Source: Cyanophora paradoxa CCMP329 (Eukaryota; Plantae; Glaucophyta). Taken from it: a stretch of DNA of 64,000 nt. Both the position numbers and the translations under genes were made by a program. Shown here piece by piece: positions 49,150 to 59,800 of this stretch. Position 1 is the stretch's first letter. Every line of letters starts with the position of its first letter. Below the pieces are notes generated by a model that was not told the DNA's origin, did no database searches, and worked only from the letters and a program-made list of their open reading frames with translations. The DNA lies in NCBI GenBank assembly GCA_004431415.1, contig QPMI01000106.1, positions 62,001 to 126,000 on the forward strand. Reading direction: 5' to 3'.

Positions 49150-52100
49150 CGGACCTCGCTGTCGAGGGCGTCGGCGACGGCGTTGAGTGCGTCCGCGAGG
49201 TCGGCGGCCTCCTCCGGCCCCAGCGGCCACTGCCGCGCGGCGGAGAGCAGCGGGCCCCGGAGCACCTGGGTCGGGTGAAAAGATGTCAAAAGATGTCATC
49301 GCTAAGAGATTCTAAGATGTCTAAGATGGCTGGCTATTAAAGTAGCTAGTAGCTATTAAAGCACCTCCGCGGGGTACACCAGCAGCGTGCGCCCCGTCAG
49401 CCCCAGCTGCTCCAGGCAACGCAGCCTGCGGGGGTACCGATGAGACGAGATCTAGACAGACAAGGCAGAGAAGTAGAGAAGAGAAGCTTCTGAAGAAAGG
49501 CAGAGAAGCTTCTATAAATAAAGCTTTAATCAAATCTTCTAGTGAGTGAGTCTTTAATCAAAGCTTCTAAATAAGCTTTAAAGCTTTAAAGCTTTGAAAG
49601 ATAAAGCTTGAGCTTTAACAAGGCGGCGGCGGCGGCGGCGGCGGGCGCACTCGCGGTGGGCGTCGGGGTCGGAGAGGAGGCACTTCTGGTGGAGCCAGGC
49701 GAGGGCGGCCGGCGGCGGCCAGCCTAGCACCGCCCCGGGCTCCGGCCACGGCGGCGGCGCCGCCGCCGCGCCGCCGGCGCCGCGGGGCCCGGCGCCACTG
49801 CAGGGGACGGGTGAGCGGTGCACGTGGGCAGCAGATCCAAAACCAAAGAACGCGGGCGCAAACCCGCGAAGGGCGCGGGAGGGACGACCGCGGGCTGCCT
49901 CGGAGGTCCGGTGGCCGCGGAAGGGCCGGTCCGGGCGGCAGCGGCTGCCGCTGCAACCCCGCGTGCTGCCCGGCGGCGGGGGCGGCGGCGGGGGGTACGG
50001 GGGCGGCGGGGGCGGGGGCGGGGGCGGCGGGGCGGGGCGGGGCCGGGCAGCAGCCTCCGCTGTACCGGGGCCGGCGCCGCCTGCGGGGCCACTCGCTGCC
50101 TCTTCCCGCCGGCGCCCGCGGCCGCGGCCGCTGGCTCCGCAGACGGGCCTGCGGCCGCCCCGTCCCCGAGCTTCCGCTTCCCCCCGCCGCCCCCCGCCTC
50201 GCGCCTCTCCGGCTCCTCCGGCTCCCCCTCCTCGTCGCCGGCGCCGGCGCCCTTGCCCAGCAGCAGGGGCGGCAGCGGGACATACTCCTGCGCGCGCGCG
50301 CGGCTCAGATGAGGTAGTAAAGGGAGGGAGGGGAGGGAAGGGCGCTCGCATCGTAGACCCGCGTCTCGTTGACGACGTACGCGACCGTCCGCGCCACGGC
50401 GCGCGCCAGGTCGTCCGCCCAGCTGCACAAATGGGCCTTCGCCTTCAGGCCGCGCGAGCGAGCGAGCGGAGGGGGCGGGGCGGGGCGGAGAGATAGCCTA
50501 AGGCGGCTTAGGTGTGCCGGTAGAGTTCAGACTAGGCTGTGCCCGGCACGCGTGCCTTTATCAACTCTAACCGTCCCGGGCGGCTGGCGCGCGCGCGGGC
50601 GGGCGGCGAGGGCGGGGCGGGGTGGGCGGGGGGCACGTCGGGTCGTTGTCTCCTACGAGGAGCTTGCGCTTGGGCCCCCCACGGCCCCCTCCGAACAGTT
50701 TCTTGTAGAATGTCTCCCCCTTGTAGTCTGCGCGTGCGGATCGGATCGGTGAGATCTCGTAAGGCTGGGCGCGAGGCAGGGCCGGGGCCGCTGGCGCGCG
50801 GGCGCCCTTTCATCGATCCCGAAGTTCGGGATCGAAGAAAGTGGCGCGGGCGCGGGCGGGCGGGCGGGCGCGCCGCTCAAGGGGAAGGTCAGCTCGTCGC
50901 CGAAGTGCTTGTACGCCTCTCCCGAGGGCCCCTCCGGCCCGAACCTAATTAAACAACCGTAAATCAACTAGATACCGTAAATCAAATAGATTAACGACCT
51001 AATAGCCCAGTTATAACCCCGAATCAAATAGATACGCTTCTTCCGAATCAGATTCCGATCTAGGGTAGATAGCGGGCATAGGTCGCACCAGGCGATGCGG
51101 CAGCGGTCGCGGAAGCGGAGGGCCGCCTCGACCGACGGCAGCAGGGGCGAGATTACCTGCGCACGGGCGGGCGGGCCGGATCGGCTCTTCTGTTCGCCAG
51201 CCACTAGAATTTCGGGATCGAAGAAAAGTTCGGGATCGAAGAAAGTTCGGGATCGAAGAAAGTTCGGGATCGAAGAAAGCTCGGGATCGAAGAAAGTTCG
51301 GCATCGAAGAAAGTTCGGGATCGAAGAAAGTTCGGGATCGAAGAAAGTTCGGGATCGAAGAAAGTTCGGGATCGACGAAAGTTCGGGATCGAAGAAAGTT
51401 CGGGATCGAAGAAAGTTCGGGATCGAAGAAAGTTCGGGATCGAAGAAAAACGGCGCGCCTTCTCGTCCTCCAGAGTGAAGGCCGCCACGTACTGGCCCGC
51501 CGAGACGAAGAAGACGTGCGGGGACAGCTGCGGGAGGGCGGGCGGTAGAAGAAGACCGTAAGCACAAATTAAAAAACTCATTAATATCAGGGGAATGCGT
51601 AAGCGAACTTAAAGATTAAAGTCATTTCTCCGTAAGCGAATGTAGGGATTAATCGCCGGCGGCGCGGGCAAGCGGGCCCGCGCCGCGAGGCTTTCTCTTG
51701 ATCGCGGTGGGGCGCGGGCGGGCGGGCGGGCGGGCAGGCGGGAAAGGCGGGGAGGGAGGGGGGGGAGGGGGGGGTACTCGCCTTCCGCTTCGTCGCCAGG
51801 GCCCACGCCTTCTCGAGGACCTCGAAGTCGATCTGGGGGGTACGCGAACACGGGGGCAGGGGTATTAGATATATATTTGGCGCCAAGATCAATAATCCTA
51901 GACGGGCGGTTCGGCTCGCGATCGGAGCGGACCGGCACGGCCACCAGGACCTTCCAGTGGTGCTCCAGGAACTCTGCGCGACCGTGAATTCTTCAATGGC
52001 GACGAATGAAAGGACGAGGCGGAGAGCGCAGCGCACGCTGGAACTGCGCCGCATTTCCGGAGAGCAGCGCGCCCACTGGCTTGTCCAAGCCGCTTGAAGG

Positions 52101-55100
52101 CTTGGGCACTTTCGCCGGATCCCTCTGCCTCCCGCCGGCCGCCTTGGCCGGCTCGCCCTGGCCCTGGCTTGGGCGTCTTGATGCCAGCTTGGAAGCTAGC
52201 TGCCTGGTAAGCCGCCTGGGAGCCGCCTTCGGCTTCTTTTTTTCCTTTCCTGTACCCGCGGAAGAGGTCTAGGGGTCAGGCAGATAGAATAGATGAGAGG
52301 GAAGCGGCGCGGATCGTAAAAGGAGATATCGATCTAGCTGTTGATTGTGCTCCAGATAAAGGAGATCATATATATATTCAGGCGGATGGATGGCGGAAGC
52401 GGCGCGGACCGCTGGACGAAGTCGACGCTGCGGGGCCCCGCGCAGCCCTGAGGCCGGATCCGGAGCCGCTGGCTGCAGGGGTGCCGGCGCCGCCCCGGGT
52501 GCCCCCCTGCTTGTCGAGTCGCTCCTGCTCGCGCTTCCTCTTCTCCGCCCCTTTGCGGATCAGCTCCGGAAGCCCAGGGCACGCCTGCGAAGACGACGCG
52601 TAAGCCTCAAGGAGGCGATGCGAGGCGGGGCGGGACGGGACGGGGTCCACGTAAAAGTGAGGGCACCCCGAGGGCCCCCGTCTCCCCGGCCAGATCTTCA
52701 CAACAGCACTTCTACAAGATCTTTTAAGCACTTTTATAAGATCTTTTGAGATCTTTTAAGCACTTTTATAAGATCTTTTGAGATCTTTCAAGCACTTTTA
52801 TAAGATCTTATAAGATCTTAAAGAGAGGGCACCTGAAGGGCCCCCGTCTCCCCGGCGACGAACGCGACCGTCCGCGCCACGGCCGCCGCCACATCGCTCG
52901 CCCGCCTGCGGCCGTGACCGCGGCCTCGAATCAGGCCTCGGATTTGGGGGAGAGAGGGGAGGAGGAGGGGCGAGGAAGCACTGCGGGTCGTTGGCGCCGA
53001 CGAGGAGGCGGGCCCCCACGTGCGCCGGCGCCCCGAAGAGCTTCCCGTAGAAGGACTCGCCCTTGTACTCTGAGAGAGGCCGCGCAATCGAATAAATGCA
53101 TGCGACGCCGGAATGCGCGGAGACGGCCGCGGGCGGGGAACTCTAATTATAAATCAAAGAAAGGTCATGTCGTCGATGGCCGCGCGCGGGGAACTCAGGG
53201 ACCCGCTCTTGCGCTCTAAAAGGCCCCGGGCCTTCGTCGATCGGAAAGACGCGCGGGCAATCGCAAGGCGACGGCCGCGCGTGGCCGCGGCCGCGGGGAG
53301 CCTAAGGGCAGGGAACCGAAGAAGATGGCGTACCCTCCAGCGGAAAGGCGAGGGTGTGCGTCTCGCCAGGGGCGACGTAGGAGGACGCAGAGGGGCCGTC
53401 AGGCCCGAACCTGAAACGCGATTAAGAATCGAAGATTTAGAATGAACCTATCCTCGGTCGTGATTATACGATCAAGAAAAACGCGGATACTTAAGAGAAT
53501 GATTGTGATTATTCATACAAATATCCACGTTATCCTTAATCATATATAGAACCCGAATTCAAGCGCAGCGGTGTCAACATCACGCCTTGGATATAAATGG
53601 ATATTAAGCGGCGCCGCGCGCACCAGGCGATGCGGCAGCGGTCGCGGAAGCGACGGGCCTCCTTCTCGGACGGAAGGGGCGGCGAAATGACCTGCGGGGA
53701 ATTCGAACAGAAGAGCTTAGCCAAGGACGACCCGAACGAGTTCGAACTCGGGTTCGAATCGCCCGGGGGCACCTTCTTGTTCTCCAGGAAGAAGGCGGAA
53801 ACGTAGACCTCCTCCGTGATCTCGCGGCCCCGGTTGATCTCGTAGACGAAGAACTCCGTGCGCTGCCGCAAGTCCAATGGTCAGGAAGCTTAAGGAGGGA
53901 ACGTGAAAATTCCCTTTGTGAGCTGGCTCCAGCATGCTATGCTTATATATATTTGAAGACTAAAGTTTGGGCCCTAACTAAAGCATTGGAGGGCGAGGAA
54001 CAGGGCGGGCGCCGGCTCGCCTTGCGCGTCGCTGCCATCCAGACCCTCTCGAAGAGCTCGGGGTCGACCTGGTCATGAATGAGCAAGGCGCGTGAGAGGA
54101 GATCTAGAGCGCGAGCCGCGGATGAGTCGGAGGGTCGGAGGGTCGGACCGGGGGCGTCACGAGGTCCTTCCAGCGCGTCCCCAGGAACTCTGGGGGCGGC
54201 GCAAACCATAATTATGAGGCCCGCAGAGCTAAAGAAGGACCAGGAGGACTGGGAGGGGTTGCGCACGCAGAACGTCGAACATCTTCGGGAAGTGTGTGTC
54301 GAGCGGCGCGTCCGCGTCGACGTCGATGACCTGTCCCGCGACGGCCGCGGGACCCCCGCTCGCCGCCGTTGCTGAGCTCGGTGCTGGAGGTGCTGCCGAT
54401 GACGAGCCCGGTGTTGGCCCCGCCGCCGCCGCCGCCGCCGCCGCCGAGCCCCTTGCCGGAACGGCCGCCGCCACCGCTGCGCTTTGCACCGGCTGGCTCG
54501 CTGCAGATTGCGGGTCCGTGCTCCGCACGAGGGCCCTGATTGCGTTCGGAAAGTTCGCTTCTTCGACCCCGTCCAGGGCTCCCTCCTCCAGCCGCGCGAA
54601 GAGCGGGTCGCCCTCGTACTCGCCCCGCCCGAAGTTGAGGTCCGCGTCCGTGGGGCCGCCGGCGCGCCCGTCCCGCCGGTCGAGCCACTGCGCCGCCAGG
54701 ATGCAGCGGTCCCGGAACCGCGCGGCCTCCTGCATTGGCCGGCCGCGGGCGCCGGCGCCGACCCACATCAGGAAGGCAGGATGCGGGCCCGATAAATAAA
54801 TATCCCGAAAGGCACCTTAGGAGACTTGAACGTGCCGGTCCCAAACTGATGACCGCGCCAACCGATGGGCTCAGTGCAGACGGCGTAACCCTTCTTCTTG
54901 ACGCGCTTCAAGACGACGCCTTTCCAGGCCGCGGGCTTGTCCGCCGGCTGCGGCCCTCCGGATCCTGGTCTGTCGAGTTGGGGCGGGGACGGAGAGAAGA
55001 GGTCCGCCCCAGCCTCCTCGCCCGCCGCCTCGACGTCTTCGTTTCCGCTGTCGCTGGGCGGCGACGCGCCCGGAGCGCCGCTGTCGGGCGCCGGCGGCGT

Positions 55101-56344
55101 CCCCGGCCCCGAGCCGCGAGCGCCCCCTCCCCCCTCGTCCCCGCCAGCCTCTGCCTTCGTCCCCCGCGCCTCGCTCTGCGCGACACGGTTGGCGACGCCG
55201 GGGCGCCCCCGGGCCCGACCCGAGGGCGTGCGCGAATGAGCTGACCGTAGCTGGAGAGGCGCAGTTGGCCGCCTCGGGGGCCGCCGGCGCCGCCGGCAGG
55301 GCTGGGCCGACCGGCCCTCTTTCCTCATCCGCGTCCAGCACAATCGCATCCTCGCGGCTGTCCCCGGACGCCCCACCCTGTGCAGCACGGTCAGAGGCGC
55401 GTACCCCGCCGCCGCGCCAACTTGAGCACGTGCGGGTGCAGACCGTCGGTGGGAAGAATTGATCGGCAACCGGCACAGGAGGGACCGCCGCCGAATTAGA
55501 AGACGCCGCGGAACACGCCCCCACCGGCTCGGAGCTCGACCCTTGGACGGGTCTCGTTTCGCCTTCCGGCACTGCCGGGACGGCCGGCTCCTCCTCCTCC
55601 GGAAGATCCCCTGTACCCCGCGCCAACGCCTCCCCCCGCCTCTCTTCTCCCCCCTCCTCGCGCTGGAAGACCCCGTCAGAGGCGTCAGCGCCGGACCGGA
55701 AGGAGGGGCGCGGACCGCTGCCGTATCGCCGTCGCCAGCTGTCGAAGGGTCCGTCGCGGCCGGCGCCGCGGTCTCGTCGGTGCGGCCATCTTTTCGACCC
55801 GCACACAGCCCAGCGCCAGCCTCTTCCTGCAGTCGGGCGGCCGCCACATGACCGCGGCTCCGGGGGCGGCGCAGGGGCGGTGCGAACCTCAGTCACCGCA
55901 CTCGGCGTCGACTCAATCTCGACCTGCGCGCGCGCCGATGAGGAAAAAGCGGTGCTGGGACGCTGTATGCGGCTTCCGGGGGCGCGCGCGTGCCTTTTGC
56001 TGCTTGGGAGAAGGTGAGGAGGGGGCGGGCGGCGGCGGCGGCGCCGCTGCCGTATCGCGCACGCGCTCAGCCGTGGCCGGCGCCGGCTCTAAAGTCGGTG
56101 CGGGCGGATCCGGCGCGGCGTTGAAGGAGGCTGCGTGCTGCGGCTCTGCATCCAGCGGAGGCGCGGCTGGCACGGATGGCTGCAGATCTAGACCTGCAGC
56201 GGTACCGGTCGGCTCAGCGCTAGCTGCTGCCGACGGCTCGCCGGACGCGCGGTCCGCCGCGGTAGAAACTGTCGCTGGTGCCGAAGGAGATGCATCTGTG
56301 GGCTGGCTCGCGTGCGGCGAGCTGTGAGAGGCCTGTGACCCCAT
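49150..56344 (-). CDS. Protein with one canonical-like and two divergent AP2/ERF DNA-binding domains (termini uncertain)
   Basis: WKGVVLKRVKKKGYAV..FGTGTFKSPK|EAARFRDRCILAA..DADLNF. Two further repeats: ISPPLPSEKEARRFRDRCRIAW|FGPDGPS..LAFPL and ISPLLPSVEAALRFRDRCRIAW|FGPEGPS..LTFPL. Confidence 0.65.
51211..51449. repeat. Intronic minisatellite, about 14 x 17 bp (GAAAGTTCGGGATCGAA)
   Basis: Head-to-tail units with a few variants and no spacers. Confidence 0.95.
52716..52821. repeat. Intronic AT-rich tandem repeat, about 3 x 32 bp (AGATCTTTTAAGCACTTTTATAAGATCTTTTG)
   Basis: Seen directly in the sequence. Confidence 0.85.
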
Positions 56345-56715
56345 CCGTCGTCGCCTCCAGCGAACGCGGCCTCGCCGCGGCGACCCGCGGCGGCGTCAAT
56401 CTGCAGAGCGCATCAGATGATGTTGCAATAGCTAAAGCGCATTTCGCAGTATCCGGACGGGACCGCGTCAAGCGACCCAGCAAAGTTGGATCGCTAGCTC
56501 GGAGGCCCAAAGGCGCGACGAACGCACCTGAAAACGCTTTTGCGGCGATTCGCTCTGCACCGCACGCCACGCTCTCGCTCCGCGTTTCAAAGCTGCGCGG
56601 AGGAGAATGGCCGTCAGTCGCTCGAGCTCCGAATGGTCCAGTCGCTCGCACTCACGCACTCGCGCGTCGACCGAGCGCTCTGATCGCAGCACAGCCGGAA
56701 GTGAAGTTCGGAGCG

Positions 56716-56742
56716 GGGGGCGAGCCGCGCCAGGGTACGCGT
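56716..56742 (+). promoter_or_regulatory. Candidate promoter element GGGGGCGAGC(C/T)GCGCCAGGGTACGCGT, copy A
   Basis: 26/27 identical to 62191-62217. Both lie 60-90 bp upstream of a + strand ATG. Confidence 0.45.
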
Positions 56743-56829
56743 GACAAGGCTCTGTATTTTTCAGCTCCATCGCTTGCTTGGCCTCGTTATCTCTTCTCTT
56801 GCTTTATCGCTTTATCGTTCATCTCTTCC

Positions 56830-59800
56830 ATGCGCGTGCGGATTGTCGTGGTGACGGGTGGTCGCGCGGGCGCGGGCACTGACTCGAAGGTTTACGTTGA
56901 GCTCGCCGACGCTGCCGGCCAGTCCACGGGTCCACTCGCGCTTGAGCAGGTACGTTCTTTCGCGCTCCGCGCACAGCTGCAGTTGACGAGAGTCGCAGGA
57001 TGAGGACCTGGTTGGCCACTTGCATCTGCTTAAAAGCTTGCGCATGCGCGCTTCGTTGCCTCTCATGCCACTCGCAGCTCTATGCCGTTGGCCCGAAGCA
57101 CGGCGGAAGCTCTCGTCCCGTGGCAAACCCGCTCACTTCTTCCATTTGGGGCTGGCGCGGTCGTAGGAATGCCCTCTTTGAGCGCAACGCTGTCGATTCT
57201 TTCGTGCTCGAGGTGACGAGCTCGTTCCGTTGCTCGCCGCGATGCGCGCCGGCGCCTCGCCGTTTCGAGTTCCGCACCAACGCGGTCGCGGAGCGCAGTG
57301 CAGGGAGATCGGTCCAGTCGCCAAGTTAGCGGTCTGGACGGACGGCAGCGGGCACTTCGCCGCCTGGTTCCCGGACCAGATAGTGGTCGAGGTCCGCGCG
57401 GCAACACAAGACGCGACGGCTGTCCGGCCCCGCTCACCCTCGCCCGTTCGCGGCGCGTCGCAGATGGAGGACAGCAGCCAGTACGCCGCGACGTGCCGCG
57501 AGTGGATCCGCGGGGGCGCGCGCGACCGCCCCCGTGTCTACCCCACCCAGAAGATAAGGACAGAAGGGTGTGCCCGAGCCTCTCGCGTTCTAAGCGAGCC
57601 TCGTCCTGACGCGGCGCAGATTCGATTCCGAGCTGGAGGCGTCTCGCCGGGACCGAATGGAGAGGCCGCTCCTGGGCCCCGTGCGCGGACTCCGCCAGGC
57701 GGCGCCCAGACTGGAAACTGAGTACCCCCCGCAGGTCCTCGGGTTCCGCGGGCAGCAGGGGGACCGCTGGCGCCTCTCCGTTCTCCTCGTGCCCCACGAC
57801 CGCTCGGGGCAGGCCCCGGGGCCCCTCTCCTGGTCCCCCGCGGCGGGCCCCGCGGCTAGCCTCGCCGCCTCTGCCGCCGCCGCACCGGGACCTGCGTCGG
57901 GGTCCAGCCACGGCGGCACGGCCGCGCCCGTCCGCATCCACAGCTACAACGACTACAGCGTCTACCGCTACGATTTCGACGTACCCATGGCTCCCAACCA
58001 GACCCTTGTGTACAGGTGCGCGTACCCCCTTCCCGAGCACCCGCCACCGTCTCCAGCGAATCCACTCTGAGCCCAGCCTCCAGTTATAAGGTGGAGAGCG
58101 TGCGGGGGACGGGCCCGTTCGAGTTCGTCGTACCCCCCAGCAGCGCCTGCCCTCGGTGCCGTGCCCCACTCCTCCCTCCCGCCCCCCTTTCCTCCCCCGA
58201 GGCCGGACAGCTTCATGTTCTGCTCGTGCAACGGCGTGCCCGACTCGGCTTTGATCAAGCGCGAGGAGGGCATCAACGGGCTCTGGCTCTACGCCCGCGA
58301 GGACCACATCCGCCAGGCCCGCCCGCCCTCATCCCCTGCCCCGCTCCCGCCCCCCTCTCCGTCTTATCCCGTCCGGCAGCCCTTCAACCTGCTGGTGATG
58401 GGGGGCGATCAGGTCTACGCCGATCCTAGTGAGCTTGATCGAATTCCTTTAAAAGGATTTCTTTCTGATATTGCGTCTTTTACAGTGTGGTCGATCTGCC
58501 GGTACGCGCCGCAATCGAGCCTTCCTCCCTTCGTTCCCCGCGCCGCGGTCGACGCGGGGGCGGGGGCAGGACGCTGCGGCGGTGGAGCGGGCTGCGGACG
58601 GAGGGCGCCAAGGTGCGCGCCAAGTGGACCGAGCAGGCCGCCAAGGAGGTGCGCCCCGCCCCGCCCCGCCCCGGCGCGCGCCCGAGCTAGGCCCCAAAGG
58701 CCGGGCCCCCGCCGAGGCGCGGCCGGCCCGCAGGTGCGGGACTTCTATTGGAACCTATACACCGAGCAGTGGTCCGAGGTGCCCCGCGCCGCCCCGCGCC
58801 ACGCCCAGCCCGAGCCGAGGCGGCCCGAGCCGAGCCGAGGCCCGCCGCAGCCGGAGCCGGGGTGGATGTTCGCGCGCGTGCCCATGGTCCGCGCGCGCGC
58901 CCCGGCGGCCTCTCCTCCCCGGCCCCCGCCGGCGCGAGCGAGCGCGGGGCCGGGGCCGGGGCGGCGGGCGCAGGTGTGCATGTGGGACGACCACGACATC
59001 TTCGACGGGTTCGGCTCCTACGACGACGCACGCCAGGTCCCGCCCCCGCCGCCCCGCCCGCCCCGGCCGCTTTGTCGCTCTTCGAATTCCCCCCGACCGC
59101 TGCTGCGCCCGGGCCCCGCGCAGCACTGCTCGACCTACGCCGGCATCTTGTGCGCTGGCGCCCCGCCCCCGCGGCTCCCGCGGCTCTTGTTCCTTCCCCT
59201 CACGCCGGGCCGGGGCCAGCGCGGAGGCCAGCGACGCGTTCCGCGTCTTCCAGGCCCGCTGCGACCCCGAGCTCGCCCTCTGCTACCAGCCCCGCCGTGC
59301 GCCCCGCCCCTCCTGCGCTGCGCCCGCCCCCGCGCCCCCTCAGCGCCCCGTTCGCGCAGCCGGGGACACGCCCGGCGTCCTGCCCCCCGACTTTCGCGGC
59401 CCCTATATCTCCGCGGTACCCCCGCTCGCTCCGCGCCACCGGTACCGAGCCTCGCTCGCTCCGCGCGACCGAGGGCCCCGCGCGCGCGCGCGCAGTTCCG
59501 CGCGGGGGCGGCGGGGATCGTGTGCCCGGACCTGCGCTCGCAGCGGAGCATCACGCGGGTGATGAACCAGGATCAGTACGACGCCATCGCCGGCGTCGCC
59601 CGCCTCTGGGGCGCCGCCGGTGCGGCCGGGGCCGGCCCCGTCCTACTGCGGGGAGGCGGGGCGAGGCCGGCGGCGGCCCCGCGCCGGCCCCGCCGCTCCT
59701 CCTCTCCTCCGGCCCGCCGGCGGCGACCGTGGCCGTGGGCGGGCGCCCCTGCAGGCCCCCGAGGCGCCCCCTCTCCCAAGACTTCATCGAGATCTCGCCC

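Noticed and set aside
51211-51449. Possible CRISPR array
   Set aside because: The units are contiguous 17-mers with no unique spacers, inside a eukaryotic intron, and there are no cas genes.
56468-56770. - strand ORF MELKNTEP.. as first exon of the AP2 gene, sharing AYPGAARPPL with ORF 61970-62224
   Set aside because: The peptide match simply reflects the shared 27-bp DNA motif. The ATG is only 60 bp from the opposite gene's ATG.
58429-58486. Second organellar insert in a small AT-rich PhoD intron
   Set aside because: Too short, and I could not recognise an organellar gene in any frame. BLASTN against the organelle genomes would decide.
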